Shown: piece by piece, positions 9,568 to 20,379 of the stretch
How the letters are laid out: every line of letters begins with the position of its first letter
Position numbering within the stretch: the stretch's first letter is position 1
Origin: Patescibacteria group bacterium
Lineage (GTDB): Bacteria > Patescibacteriota > Minisyncoccia > Phycocordibacterales > JAKAEA01
Length of the DNA stretch: 64,000 nucleotides
Assembly: GCA_040387855.1 (NCBI GenBank)
Contig: JAZKCY010000001.1
Span: 632,793 to 696,792, forward strand
Direction of reading: 5' to 3'
Notes under the pieces: model-generated
The model's input: only the letters and a program-made list of their open reading frames with translations
What the model was told of the DNA's origin: nothing
The model's database searches: none
Program-made: the position numbers and the translations under genes

Positions 9568-10839
9568 ATGGATAAGGATCTCTCAATACTATGGGACGTA
9601 GCCGTAATTGGTGGAGGCCCAGCTGGAATGATGGCAGCAGGACGCGCAGCAGAACGCGGTCTTAAAGTTATTCTTATTGAGAAAAATGATTCTCTCGGAA
9701 AAAAACTTCTTATTACCGGTGGTGGACGCTGCAATGTAACGAACGGGGAATTGGATACCCGCACCCTTCTCTCAAAATTTAAAGACAACGATAAATTTTT
9801 GTTTTCAGCATTTTCTCAATGGAGTGTACAAGAAACGTTAGACTTTTTTCATATACACAATATGGAAACAAAAGAAGAAAAAGAAAAACGAGTCTTCCCT
9901 ATTTCAAATAAATCTCAGTCAGTGTGGAATGTGCTTGTCGAAAATCTCAAAAAGCATAATGTAACTATTCTTTCTAACTCACCCGTGATAGAAATCATTC
10001 GAGATTCTGAAAAGAATACTATTTCTGGAATAAAATTAAAGAATAATAAAACTATTACTGCGCACTCATATATAGTAGCAACTGGAGGAAAATCTCGACC
10101 AGAGACAGGCTCAACAGGAGATGGCTTCGTGTGGCTCAAAAAGCTTGGCCACGATGTCATTGAGCCAGAAGCATCATTAGTGCCTATTGAAGTAGAGGAT
10201 GCGTGGGTGAAGCGTTTGCAGGGTATCTCTATGCCTGAAGTGAAGATTACTCTTTTTCAGAATGAGATAAAACAAGACGTACAAAAAGGCAAAATTCTTT
10301 TTACACACTTTGGAATCTCAGGCCCAACTGTTTTAAATATGAGTAAGGATATTAGTGAGCTTTTAAAATACGGTGAAGTAATAATCTCAGTAGATGCACT
10401 TCCTGTGTATGATCCAGGAACTCTCAATCTTAAACTCCAAGAACTTTTACGTGGCAAAGATATAAACAAGAAACTTAAAAATGTATTAGATGAAATTATA
10501 CCTGCAGCACTTGTCGTACCAGTGCTCGAACTTTCAGCAGTAAACGGCGATACAGCAAGCAATAGTGTAACGCGAGAAGAGCGTCTCCAACTGGTAAAAA
10601 CACTAAAAGACATGCGGATGCGTGCCACAGGATTACTCGGGCTTGATAAAGCGATCATAACTTCAGGGGGAGTTTCTCTTGATGAAGTAGATTTTAAAAC
10701 TATGCGCTCTCGCCTATTCTCGAATTTATACTTAATTGGAGATGTTTTAAATATAGATAGACCATCAGGTGGCTATTCTTTGCAGCTCTGTTGGACCACA
10801 GGATTTGTAGCAGGAAATTCTATTTCTTCTTCTCAATAA
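9568..10839 (+). CDS. HI0933/BaiN-family FAD-dependent flavoprotein (aminoacetone-oxidase-like)
   Basis: Dinucleotide-binding motif VAVIGGGPAGMMAA. GGGRCNVTN is diagnostic of the HI0933-like family. Confidence 0.85.
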   Translation: MDKDLSILWDVAVIGGGPAGMMAAGRAAERGLKVILIEKNDSLGKKLLITGGGRCNVTNGELDTRTLLSKFKDNDKFLFSAFSQWSVQETLDFFHIHNMETKEEKEKRVFPISNKSQSVWNVLVENLKKHNVTILSNSPVIEIIRDSEKNTISGIKLKNNKTITAHSYIVATGGKSRPETGSTGDGFVWLKKLGHDVIEPEASLVPIEVEDAWVKRLQGISMPEVKITLFQNEIKQDVQKGKILFTHFGISGPTVLNMSKDISELLKYGEVIISVDALPVYDPGTLNLKLQELLRGKDINKKLKNVLDEIIPAALVVPVLELSAVNGDTASNSVTREERLQLVKTLKDMRMRATGLLGLDKAIITSGGVSLDEVDFKTMRSRLFSNLYLIGDVLNIDRPSGGYSLQLCWTTGFVAGNSISSSQ

Positions 10840-12481
10840 AGAGTCTTGCAAAACGCACTTCTGGAAAAGACACGGTATTCTTTAATAGAGTACGTACTGA
10901 GCCCAAACTATAATCTCCTGTAGTTTTATAAGACTCATGAAATGCATCAGTAATTTTCTTAAGTAATGCAGGTTTGATATTTGCAGCTTTCAAATACTCT
11001 ATATCTATATCGTGATTATCTTCTTGCAATGTTTCTATATGACTAATGATAGTCTCAACTTTTAGGTTCCGTTCTTTTGCCATTGCCTGAAGTGACATCT
11101 TCTTTTCAAGAAGCGCTTTGGTAATAATGTGAGTTTCAACCTTAATACTTTTCTTAGTGCGCATTACAGCAGCGGCGCGTGCAAGAAATTCATCTTGCTG
11201 TTTTTGTAATTCTTTTTGATCAACTTTTGAAAGTACTTGCTGAAGCTTCTTTGATTGCTCTTGGAGTTCTTCATCAAACATAAGTACATCTTCATCAACC
11301 TCTAAAGCCTGTTCGTTGATACCTAAGAGTTTTAAACCTGATAGAGATTTGAGCCGCGACAACGCCACATATCCCATACCCTTTTCAAATGATTTTGAAA
11401 GATCAATCTCTGCAGCATCGAGAGTCATTCCCTGACTTTTGTGAATAGTAATTGCCCAGGCCAAACGAAGTGGCACTTGTTTTACTTTTGCTTTTACCTT
11501 CCCATCATCTTCAATAGTCCATTCCATGGGTTCTGCTTTAATGATTTTGCCGCTTGCAGTTTTAATTATAGGAGACGTAATTCCACACTCAATAACCGTA
11601 CCCAATGTACCGTTTACATAGCCCACATCGTAATTGTTTTTAACAAACATTACCTGAGCACCCTTTTTGAGAGTTAACACACCCGGAGCAAGACAACTAT
11701 TTTTGATAGCAGCAACCAGTACATCACGACCCTCTTCATTCATAAAATAACTCCGTGCTTCGCCTTCGGTAGCGGCAAGTTCTTGAGCATTAATACCATC
11801 TACGTCTACATTGTGAGTAAAAAGTTTGGTGGGCTTTAGATCACCAATCAGTTCAGAATTAAATCTTTTATCTAAATGTGACCGCAATACATCAGAAACA
11901 GAATTTGTTCTAATTCCATTTAGGACATCCAAGAAGGCAGTATCTGTTTGACGATATGAACCTTCGAGATAACAAATCTTTAAATTCAAATTTTTCCATG
12001 CTTCTGATTTATAAATAAATTCAGCATCTTCTTCATGTGATTTTGAAACTGGTGGCAACTGAAAAAAATCACCACACAAAACCACCTGTAGTCCTCCAAA
12101 TGGCTTATCGTTTCGTTTGAAGAACCGCGCAATCTCATCAACGAGATCTAAGCGAAAATGATGGAGCATTGATACTTCATCAATAATCAGTACTTTTGTA
12201 TTCTTAAATCTTTCCCATAAATATCTTTTTTCTTCCATTGCTTCCAAATCATAAGGAGTCAATGTATTGCGAATTCCAAGTCCAGACCATGAATGAATAG
12301 TCACACCATTCATATGACTGGCAGCAATTCCTGTTGAGGCAGTAACGGCATGAGCAATTTCATGCTTTTTTAAATACTGAATGTATTGATTGAGCACATA
12401 AGTCTTTCCACTACCGGCAGAACCTGTGAGATAGACATTATGTCCAAGTTTTAAAATGTTGAGTGCGTCTGTTTGAGTCAC
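10820..12481 (-). CDS. Pif1/RecD-like SF1 DNA helicase with C-terminal helical/HTH-like tail
   Basis: Walker A is GSAGSGKTY, with DEVSM and IHKSQGMTLD motifs. ~170 extra C-terminal residues. Confidence 0.85.
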   Translation of the reverse strand: MTQTDALNILKLGHNVYLTGSAGSGKTYVLNQYIQYLKKHEIAHAVTASTGIAASHMNGVTIHSWSGLGIRNTLTPYDLEAMEEKRYLWERFKNTKVLIIDEVSMLHHFRLDLVDEIARFFKRNDKPFGGLQVVLCGDFFQLPPVSKSHEEDAEFIYKSEAWKNLNLKICYLEGSYRQTDTAFLDVLNGIRTNSVSDVLRSHLDKRFNSELIGDLKPTKLFTHNVDVDGINAQELAATEGEARSYFMNEEGRDVLVAAIKNSCLAPGVLTLKKGAQVMFVKNNYDVGYVNGTLGTVIECGITSPIIKTASGKIIKAEPMEWTIEDDGKVKAKVKQVPLRLAWAITIHKSQGMTLDAAEIDLSKSFEKGMGYVALSRLKSLSGLKLLGINEQALEVDEDVLMFDEELQEQSKKLQQVLSKVDQKELQKQQDEFLARAAAVMRTKKSIKVETHIITKALLEKKMSLQAMAKERNLKVETIISHIETLQEDNHDIDIEYLKAANIKPALLKKITDAFHESYKTTGDYSLGSVRTLLKNTVSFPEVRFARLFIEKKK

Positions 12482-12538
12482 GGAGCTAGTATACCAGACC
12501 CAGATAAAATAAAAATAAAATCTGCTATAATCTCATGT

Positions 12539-13135
12539 ATGGAGCAGATCATCTCGCTTATCCTAACCTATAAATACGCAATTATGGTCCCGGCCGCCGT
12601 GATTGAGGGGCCAGTTCTCACCATGATATGTGGGTTTCTCTATAAAATGGGATACCTTGCTTTTATACCCACATATCTCCTACTTATGTTTGGCGATATC
12701 CTAGGAGATGTCATCTGGTACGGAATTGGATATTATGGAGGCCGCCCGTTTGTACGCAGATTTGGCAAATATTTTAGTGTTACAGAAGAAAAGATTACAA
12801 CGGTAGAAAAGTTCTTTCATACTCATTCAGATAAGATTTTAATTATTTCAAAAATTACAAACGGCTTCGGCTTTGCACTTGTAACTCTTATGACTGCTGG
12901 AATCGTTAAAATATCTTTTAAGCGCTATATGATTCTCAATACTATTGGCCAGTTTATTTGGACTGGCACACTCCTTGCACTTGGTTATTTCTTTGGTAAT
13001 GTATACGAAACAATGGATGGGATATTTGCAAAGATTTCACTTTTCGCAATGATAGCTATAGCGCTTGCATTATTCTTTGGCATTGGTAAATACATGAAAG
13101 AACGAGTAACAGCCACATCAGAAAAACCTCTATGA
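12539..13135 (+). CDS. DedA/VTT-family membrane protein
   Basis: Starts MEQIISLILTYKYAIMVPAAVIEGPV… with the typical DedA reentrant region. A TATAAT sits 7 nt upstream of this ATG. The track start at 12473 would overlap the helicase start. Confidence 0.7.
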   Translation: MEQIISLILTYKYAIMVPAAVIEGPVLTMICGFLYKMGYLAFIPTYLLLMFGDILGDVIWYGIGYYGGRPFVRRFGKYFSVTEEKITTVEKFFHTHSDKILIISKITNGFGFALVTLMTAGIVKISFKRYMILNTIGQFIWTGTLLALGYFFGNVYETMDGIFAKISLFAMIAIALALFFGIGKYMKERVTATSEKPL

Positions 13136-13845
13136 TTTCTATTATAATTCCTACATATAATGAAGAGAAAGCTATAAGCAAGATGCTCAAACATCTTACA
13201 ACTACACTTACTATTCCCTATGAAATCATAGTTACCGATGATCTTAGTACAGATACAACAGTAGAAATAGCTAAAACATTTCCGGTAAAAGTTGTAGTTA
13301 ATCCCCATAAAAAAAGCATCGGAGCAAATAGAAATTTTGGAGCAACTCATGCTCATAGTGAATATATTGCTTTTCTAGATGCTGGATGCATGATTCACAA
13401 TCCTGATCTTTTTTTCACCAAAGCTTTAGAAGCTATTAGGAATAAGAAGCTTGCAGGCCTTACCTGTTGGATAAAGGTAGCCCCAGATGTAGAAACACTT
13501 CCAGATAAAATTATTATTACACTGCTTAATTATGTTTACAGAATAAGTAATAATATACTTCATACAGGTAATGCGACTGGTAAATTTCAAATGGTTGATA
13601 AACAATCATTTGATACTATAGGAGGATACAATGAAAATCTTATTTCATGTGAAGACTTTGATATGTTTAATAGAATTTCTAAAGTAGGTCCAACATACTT
13701 TCATACAGAGCTAACGGTGTATCATGAAAATAGAAGAGCACATACATTGGGATGGCCACGCCTGCTTTGGATTTGGACAGTAGATAATATTTGGTTTATG
13801 TTATTTAAAAAATCTCATTCTAAAGAATGGAAACCCGTTCGCTAA
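13132..13845 (+). CDS. family 2 glycosyltransferase
   Basis: IIIPTYNEE, DD/DAG and ED motifs (GT-A fold). Confidence 0.8.
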   Translation: MISIIIPTYNEEKAISKMLKHLTTTLTIPYEIIVTDDLSTDTTVEIAKTFPVKVVVNPHKKSIGANRNFGATHAHSEYIAFLDAGCMIHNPDLFFTKALEAIRNKKLAGLTCWIKVAPDVETLPDKIIITLLNYVYRISNNILHTGNATGKFQMVDKQSFDTIGGYNENLISCEDFDMFNRISKVGPTYFHTELTVYHENRRAHTLGWPRLLWIWTVDNIWFMLFKKSHSKEWKPVR

Positions 13846-13853
13846 ATAATTTT

Positions 13854-14567
13854 ATGAAAATCTCACTTATTATTCCAGCATATAATGAAGAAAAATATAT
13901 TGGCCAGTGTCTCGACGCTGTGACAAAAAATGCTTGCGAGAGTCTTGCCGAAATTATTGTTGTAGATAATGCAAGTACTGATAGAACCAGCGAAATTGCA
14001 AAAAGCTTTCCAAATGTACGCGTAGTATATGAAGAGAAAAAAGGTCTTACCAAAGCTCGCCAGTGTGGATACAATCATGCTCAATCACCTATTGTGGCGT
14101 ATATAGATGCAGATACTAAAATGCCTGCTCAGTGGCTGGAACGGATTGCACAAGAGTTTGAGAACAATCAAAAAGTTGCATGTGTGAGTGGCCCATATAT
14201 TTATCATGATATACCAAAGTGGCAGCAATTTTTTGTAAAACTCTATTGGTATCTTTTGGCATATCCTATGTATCTAATAATTGGATATATGGTTGTTGGT
14301 GGAAACTTTGCCATTCGTAAAGACACTCTTATAAAAATGAATGGATTTGATACAACTATCGATTTTTATGGAGAAGATACCAATATAGCAAGAAGAGCAC
14401 ATGCTTTTGGCAAAGTGCTCTTCAAACCAAGTCTTTATATGTTTACTTCAGGGCGACGTTTTTCTGGGCAAGGGTTTATAAGTACTGGTAAAACCTATGT
14501 TATTAATTTTGTTTCTGAAGTAGTTTTAAAGAAACCTCTCACTAAAAGTTATAAAGATATTCGCTAA
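13854..14567 (+). CDS. family 2 glycosyltransferase (paralog of previous)
   Basis: ISLIIPAYNEEKYI and VVDNASTD motifs. Start placed at the internal ATG just after the upstream stop. Confidence 0.8.
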   Translation: MKISLIIPAYNEEKYIGQCLDAVTKNACESLAEIIVVDNASTDRTSEIAKSFPNVRVVYEEKKGLTKARQCGYNHAQSPIVAYIDADTKMPAQWLERIAQEFENNQKVACVSGPYIYHDIPKWQQFFVKLYWYLLAYPMYLIIGYMVVGGNFAIRKDTLIKMNGFDTTIDFYGEDTNIARRAHAFGKVLFKPSLYMFTSGRRFSGQGFISTGKTYVINFVSEVVLKKPLTKSYKDIR

Positions 14568-15625
14568 GCTTTCAACGCTTTTCGTCGCACGAGGAAGTAT
14601 GCAAGACCTCCAGTCCATGCAGCTAATGCAGTCATGAATAGCGCGATGTTTGTTGTTGAAGATCCAGTATAGGGAACCTGATTAAGATACACAGTTGTTG
14701 GTTCTTGTTGTACAGGTACATATATAGGTGTTACTACTGATGCTGTTTGCACACTTACGTTTACGCTTACACATGGATTACTATTATTTGAATTGTATAC
14801 AGATGAACATACCGTGATAACAGCATTACCTGGATTTTGTGCGCGAATGTTTAGCTCATTTCCATTCAACGATGCTGAAGCGACATAACTATTTGATGAA
14901 TTTGAAAGATAGTATGATCCAGATCCATGAAGTGTAACCGTTTGAGATTGACCTGTATTAAGACTGATATTAGTTTGACTTACATTTACCCAAGAGTTGT
15001 TGTACGGATGAGAACTTTGTACATCAACATAGATAGTTGCACATGGAGTATTGTTGTTTGAACTACATACCGTTACAGTTGCTGAACCTTGCTGTGAATA
15101 ATTTGGAGCACTAAGAGTTACTACACTACCGTTTGCATACGCATTAACTATATTAGTATTTGTATTTGAAGAAATATAAAGAGAACCTCGTGTTGAAGTA
15201 ACTGTTACTGTCTGACCTTGAGAAAGCTGCACATTATTTCTTGAGAGATTAAGTGCAGTGCTGTTGTTGTAATTATTTGTGTAATAAGGCCAGTTTACAT
15301 ACGATGATTGCTGATTGTTTACCATCGCATATACATTTGTTCCTGCAGGAATATTGTAACCATTACTACTTAATGTAGTTGAGAAATAACCATTCGCATC
15401 AGTAGTACCAATTGAATTTGTACTTGTCCATGATCCAGAGCCTGATGGCATATAATACAGATACACAGGTGCATATGAATCAGCCTGAACTGTTACTCTC
15501 ACCCAATCATTATTAATTGTGTGTACCGAAAGAGACGGGGTAATTGCACTAGCAAAATTTACAACAAATACTGACACCATCACCACAACTGCCATAATAA
15601 CCGACAATTTCTGTAATGTTTTCAT
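14564..15625 (-). CDS. secreted S/T/N-rich surface protein with two Ig-like repeats and C-terminal sorting-signal-like tail
   Basis: Signal peptide. Two ~75-aa repeats each end in TVCSS…PC…V.VQ. The C-terminus is VPYTG followed by a hydrophobic helix and RRKALKA. Confidence 0.7.
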   Translation of the reverse strand: MKTLQKLSVIMAVVVMVSVFVVNFASAITPSLSVHTINNDWVRVTVQADSYAPVYLYYMPSGSGSWTSTNSIGTTDANGYFSTTLSSNGYNIPAGTNVYAMVNNQQSSYVNWPYYTNNYNNSTALNLSRNNVQLSQGQTVTVTSTRGSLYISSNTNTNIVNAYANGSVVTLSAPNYSQQGSATVTVCSSNNNTPCATIYVDVQSSHPYNNSWVNVSQTNISLNTGQSQTVTLHGSGSYYLSNSSNSYVASASLNGNELNIRAQNPGNAVITVCSSVYNSNNSNPCVSVNVSVQTASVVTPIYVPVQQEPTTVYLNQVPYTGSSTTNIALFMTALAAWTGGLAYFLVRRKALKA

Positions 15626-15682
15626 AATGAATAATTATACACCAATCATCATTTGACATCATCTCAAAAACAGCTTGTTATG

Positions 15683-17974
15683 TTAATCCTTCTTTTTTAG
15701 AGGTAGTGTAAAACAAAATATAGAACCTTTACCCACTTCACTTTTTACCGTTAAAGTACCCTTGTGACGTTTAATAATTTGGGCACTAATATTTAATCCC
15801 AAACCAAAGCCGGAAATATTTTTTTGCTTCGAATATTCTGTTCTAAAAAATCTATCAAATACTTTTTGCTGTTCTTCTTTTGGAATCCCCTGACCAAAGT
15901 CTTCAACTTCTACAAGTATATTACCCTTGTTTTCTTTAACGCGAACTATAATCCGATCTGCCTTTGGAGAATACTTAATAGCATTAGCTAAAAGATTTGT
16001 AAGCACTTGTTCTATTCGATCTTTATCAGCACTCACCTTATGTTTTGCTAGGAGTTTATACTCAATAAGATGCGACGTTGTTGTGAGCTGAAGTGATTTT
16101 ATAATATCTCGAGCAACTTCATTCATATCAAATTGCTGATATTTAAGATCAAGCTTACCAGCATGAACCATACTCATATCAAGAAGATCATGAATGAGAT
16201 GTGAAATTCTTTCTGCTTGAGAATGAACCATACCTGCAATTTCAATGAGCTTTGGTTGATCTGAGTTCTTCGCCTGAATATTTAAAATATCAGCAAATAA
16301 TTTTAAACTAGTTATTGGGGTTTTTAATTCATGACTTGCTATACCTAAGAACAAATCTTTTTGCTGTTCTAGATTTTTACGTAATGAAATATCAATAAAT
16401 GAAGACACCATTGCATATGGTTCAGTATTGCCTTGTTCATACAATAATGTGCAGTTCACAAGAACCCATACAAGTGTTCCATCAGGCCGATATACACCCA
16501 TAACAGAATTACTCTGTGGTTGGCGAGTTCTGAGTGTTACTAGAGAAGGGCGTTCTTCTGCAGGAAATGGAGATCCATCTTCTTTAATAACTTTCCACAT
16601 AGGATCAGTGGGCAACTTACCAACAATCTGGTCATAACTTAAACCAAGTATTTCTAACGCAGCTTTATTTGCGGTTTGGACAACACCACCCATATCACTC
16701 AAAGTAATACCTTCTCCAAGCGTTGACACTACACGAGCATGATGACGTTCACTTTCTCTCAAACGTTCTTCAGTAAACTTCTTTTCAGTAATATCTATAT
16801 TAACTCCCACAACTCGCTCAGCTTTTCCTTTTTTATTGAAGAACACATCACCTTTAGCCATCAACCAACGTGTTGTTTGATTGGGTAAAATAATTCTAAA
16901 CTCAACATCATACTTGCTCTTATTTTTTAAAGCATGAGCTAGATTGTCATCAACTTTTTTTACATCCTCAGGATGAATCATTGAAACCCAATGATCATAT
17001 GATTTCTGAAATTCTCCTGGAAGCAAACCATACAATGCCTCCAACTCTGGAGTCCAAATAAGTTTATTATCTTTTATTCGCCATTCAAAAGTCCCTATCT
17101 TCCCAGCCTTTTGTGCAAGATCGAGTCGTTCCTGACTATACTGATATTCTTTGCGAGCTTGAACTTGTTCTGTAACTTCAAGACCCAAAATGATTATTGA
17201 GTCTACCTTCCCTTTTTCATCGCGCAGGGGTTGATATACAAAGTTGAAATAGGCATCTTCGAACACTCCAGTCCCGTGTCGATCAATAGATGCATAAATT
17301 TCATTTCCATATACAACTTCGCCTTCATCGTATACCCGCTCAATAAATTTAAAATATCCCTGCTTATTTAATTCAGGTACTGCGTCTCGCATTGGTTTAC
17401 CTAAAATATCTCGTTTACCCCACAACTTTTCAAACATGGGATTAAAAAGCTCTACAATGCCTTTACGTCCACGCAAAATTGCAATTAGTGCTGGTGCTTG
17501 AGTAAACACAGAATATAAACTCTGGCGAACCTCTTCTGATTTAGCTAATGCTTCACGCTCAAGGGCACGTATATGATTGTGTTCATCTACAGCTTTTTGC
17601 CGTTCTGTTCTATCACGAATTATTTCACTAAAACCAATAACCTTTCCGTGAGTATCTCTCATTGGATACAAAAACCCCTTTGCCCAAAACTTTTTTCCTC
17701 CTTTTTTAAAGTACCAGCCTTCCAGCTCTACTACTTTTTCTTTAAGGGCTTGTTTTGAGAGCTTACTAAATCCATCTTTTTGTTTATATTCTTGAGAACG
17801 CAGTGTAGATACATGCTTTCCAATAATTTCTTTTCGTTTATAAGAAAAGACTTCCTGAGCACCATCATTCCATGTCAAAATAATCCCTTCCTTTGAAACA
17901 GCAAAAACTGCATAGTTGTCGAGACTATCTACAATATCTTTATATATATTAGGCAATGCTGTAGGATCATCCAT
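15683..17974 (-). CDS. cytoplasmic multi-PAS sensor histidine kinase
   Basis: No TM segment. At least 3 PAS/PAC modules. H-box ASHELKTPITSL; N-box LANAIKYS; G-box GFGLGL. Confidence 0.9.
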   Translation of the reverse strand: MDDPTALPNIYKDIVDSLDNYAVFAVSKEGIILTWNDGAQEVFSYKRKEIIGKHVSTLRSQEYKQKDGFSKLSKQALKEKVVELEGWYFKKGGKKFWAKGFLYPMRDTHGKVIGFSEIIRDRTERQKAVDEHNHIRALEREALAKSEEVRQSLYSVFTQAPALIAILRGRKGIVELFNPMFEKLWGKRDILGKPMRDAVPELNKQGYFKFIERVYDEGEVVYGNEIYASIDRHGTGVFEDAYFNFVYQPLRDEKGKVDSIIILGLEVTEQVQARKEYQYSQERLDLAQKAGKIGTFEWRIKDNKLIWTPELEALYGLLPGEFQKSYDHWVSMIHPEDVKKVDDNLAHALKNKSKYDVEFRIILPNQTTRWLMAKGDVFFNKKGKAERVVGVNIDITEKKFTEERLRESERHHARVVSTLGEGITLSDMGGVVQTANKAALEILGLSYDQIVGKLPTDPMWKVIKEDGSPFPAEERPSLVTLRTRQPQSNSVMGVYRPDGTLVWVLVNCTLLYEQGNTEPYAMVSSFIDISLRKNLEQQKDLFLGIASHELKTPITSLKLFADILNIQAKNSDQPKLIEIAGMVHSQAERISHLIHDLLDMSMVHAGKLDLKYQQFDMNEVARDIIKSLQLTTTSHLIEYKLLAKHKVSADKDRIEQVLTNLLANAIKYSPKADRIIVRVKENKGNILVEVEDFGQGIPKEEQQKVFDRFFRTEYSKQKNISGFGLGLNISAQIIKRHKGTLTVKSEVGKGSIFCFTLPLKKKD

Positions 17975-18021
17975 AAGTTAATAGATTCTATGCCTATTTT
18001 ATGAATAAGTAAACGCTCCTT

Positions 18022-18771
18022 TTATAGCTCGATTTTGTTGAATTGGTATATACCAATGAGTACGGTAACCACTGAAACTCCAAGAAGAACTGAAATACTT
18101 ACAACTGGTGAAAAAGCACTAGCACCGCTAAATGCATATCTCATACTATCTACGCCGTATGTGAGTGGATTTACTTTCGTGATATATGAAAGTACAGCAG
18201 GTAAATTATCAACTGGGAAGAGCGCCCCTGAAAGATAGAATAATGGCTGAATAATAAAATTGAAAATTAATGGGAAACCCTGCATATCTTCAAGCCGTGC
18301 AGCAATTGCGGCTCCCAATGCTGAAAACAGAAATGAAACAAGCAACATTATCAATAGACCCACAGGAAGCATTGCCAAACTATGTGGTCGAAATCCAGCA
18401 ATAAGTGTTACAAGAAATACTAATAATCCTTGAATTGCAGCGACACTCATACCACCCAATGTTTTTCCCATAAAGATTTGAAAGCGAGATACAGGAGCAA
18501 CAAACGTTTCTTTGAGGAACCCAAATTGCTTATCCCAAATAATTTCCATTCCCGTAAAAATAGAACTAAAGAGCACCGTCATGGCAATAATACCTGGAGC
18601 GATAAACTGTATATAATCCCCTCCACCTGTGGCAGATGAATACATAGGACTTAATCCAAAACCGAAAGCAAAAAGGAAAATAACAGGCTGGCCTAGGGCG
18701 CCAATCACACTCGCCTTCTTACGAATAAATCGCTTTAACTGTCGAATCCACAAAATATATATAGCATTCAT
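18022..18771 (-). CDS. ABC-2 family transporter permease
   Basis: Six hydrophobic helices in ABC-2 layout. A 3-nt gap separates it from the upstream ATPase gene. Confidence 0.8.
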   Translation of the reverse strand: MNAIYILWIRQLKRFIRKKASVIGALGQPVIFLFAFGFGLSPMYSSATGGGDYIQFIAPGIIAMTVLFSSIFTGMEIIWDKQFGFLKETFVAPVSRFQIFMGKTLGGMSVAAIQGLLVFLVTLIAGFRPHSLAMLPVGLLIMLLVSFLFSALGAAIAARLEDMQGFPLIFNFIIQPLFYLSGALFPVDNLPAVLSYITKVNPLTYGVDSMRYAFSGASAFSPVVSISVLLGVSVVTVLIGIYQFNKIEL

Positions 18772-18776
18772 AATTT

Positions 18777-19556
18777 TTACATTTTTGAAACTCCACGTAA
18801 TGTGCCCTTACTAAAGTTTGAAGCTTCTTCTCGAATCTGATTTCCTGTTAATGCAATAAATGCATCCTCCAAATTATCTTTCCCTGCTTTCTTTCGAATT
18901 TCCTCTGGACTACCTTGAGTAATTATTTTTCCATGATCGATAATAGCAATCTTTGTTGCCATTCGTTCTACTTCTTCCATATGGTGAGTCGTAAAGAAAA
19001 TTGTAACGTTTTCTTCTTTATTTAGATTATGAATGTAATTCCAAATATGATTTCGAGTTTGAGGATCAAGACCAATTGTTGGTTCATCTAAAAAGAGCAC
19101 TTTTGGATGATGAAGCAAACCTCGAGCAATTTCCAATCGTCGCTTCATACCTCCTGAAAATGTCTTAATGAAATTATCTTTCTTATCAGTAAGCTCTACT
19201 AGTTGAAGGAGCTTTTTTATTCTATCTGTATATTGCTCTTTTGTGAGACCATACAAAATCGCATGAAATTGCATGTTTTCATAGGCAGTAAGTTCATTAT
19301 CAAGACTAGGGTCTTGAAAAACAATTCCAAATGACTTTCGAGTCATACTTGGATTTTCAGTCACATTATGACCATCAAGAAAAATCTGACCTTGTGTTGG
19401 ATGAAGCAAAGTCGTTAACATCTTAATTGTTGTAGACTTACCTGCGCCGTTTGGGCCTAAGAATGCAAAAACCTCTCCTTTTTTTACTGTAAATGACACA
19501 TCATCTACAGCAGTAAAATTACCGAACTTTTTTGTTACGTTTTTTACTTCTATCAT
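18777..19556 (-). CDS. ABC transporter ATP-binding protein
   Basis: Walker A GPNGAGKST, signature SGGMKRR, Walker B LFLDEPT. Confidence 0.9.
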   Translation of the reverse strand: MIEVKNVTKKFGNFTAVDDVSFTVKKGEVFAFLGPNGAGKSTTIKMLTTLLHPTQGQIFLDGHNVTENPSMTRKSFGIVFQDPSLDNELTAYENMQFHAILYGLTKEQYTDRIKKLLQLVELTDKKDNFIKTFSGGMKRRLEIARGLLHHPKVLFLDEPTIGLDPQTRNHIWNYIHNLNKEENVTIFFTTHHMEEVERMATKIAIIDHGKIITQGSPEEIRKKAGKDNLEDAFIALTGNQIREEASNFSKGTLRGVSKM

Positions 19557-19593
19557 AATACCTAAGAATATAACACACTCCTACAAAAAAAGG

Positions 19594-19893
19594 CTAGAAA
19601 GCCTTTAATTTTGTAACTACATCATCAACAATAGTTTTAACCTGTTCATCGTATGTAGGAATTTTTTCTTTTAAAAATGCTACAAGCCCAGAGATATCCT
19701 CATCTTCACTTATATTCTCAAGAGTATCTTTATCTTTATCTGAAAGGTTATCTAAAGCAAATTCAAAGATTTTTTCACTGACTAATTCATTCAAATGTTG
19801 AATAATCTGATCCTGTTCTTCAGTAGTAAATGAATTGATATTGAGAAGCTCAACAAGTTGGCCTCGAATTTCTGGGTTTTCGGTAGTAAGCAT
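19594..19893 (-). CDS. hypothetical acidic protein
   Basis: 99-aa ORF, E/D-rich. No motif recognised. Confidence 0.45.
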   Translation of the reverse strand: MLTTENPEIRGQLVELLNINSFTTEEQDQIIQHLNELVSEKIFEFALDNLSDKDKDTLENISEDEDISGLVAFLKEKIPTYDEQVKTIVDDVVTKLKAF

Positions 19894-19950
19894 GAGTTAT
19901 ACCCTATTTGATCATATTTGAGTTTAATGTCAAGGATTTCTTTGCTAATA

Positions 19951-20274
19951 TCATTTTTGCTCTATTTGTTTTGTTCTTTTTTCGAATTCATCAGTTTGTC
20001 TTTTTGTATCTTCTGTTTCTGCATTTAAATTTACTGCTTCTGTTGCAAAATGAGCAGTCACACCAACACCAGCTACAATTGCAGCAGCCCCCACAGCGAG
20101 AATTCGCTTATAGAATTTATAAGACTTATTCATTCTTTCAATCTTTTTAATATCAAGCTTTACTTGTTCATCATCCTTTAGTCGCGCTTCAGCTGTAGTA
20201 CGCATCTTATACTGAAGGTACGACTCTTCTTGAGGAGCTTCATTACCAAATGGATTTTCCATATTATTTACCAT
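19951..20274 (-). CDS. hypothetical single-pass membrane protein
   Basis: 107 aa with a central hydrophobic helix (ILAVGAAAIVAGVGV) and charged flanks. Confidence 0.4.
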   Translation of the reverse strand: MVNNMENPFGNEAPQEESYLQYKMRTTAEARLKDDEQVKLDIKKIERMNKSYKFYKRILAVGAAAIVAGVGVTAHFATEAVNLNAETEDTKRQTDEFEKRTKQIEQK

Positions 20275-20379
20275 GTGATGATTATATCAAGAAGTGATAT
20301 GGGTACACCAGTAGTAACCTAGGGTTTCAACACAACTTTGACACGTTTGTCTCCTGTGTCTCTAAATATTTTTGAAGCT

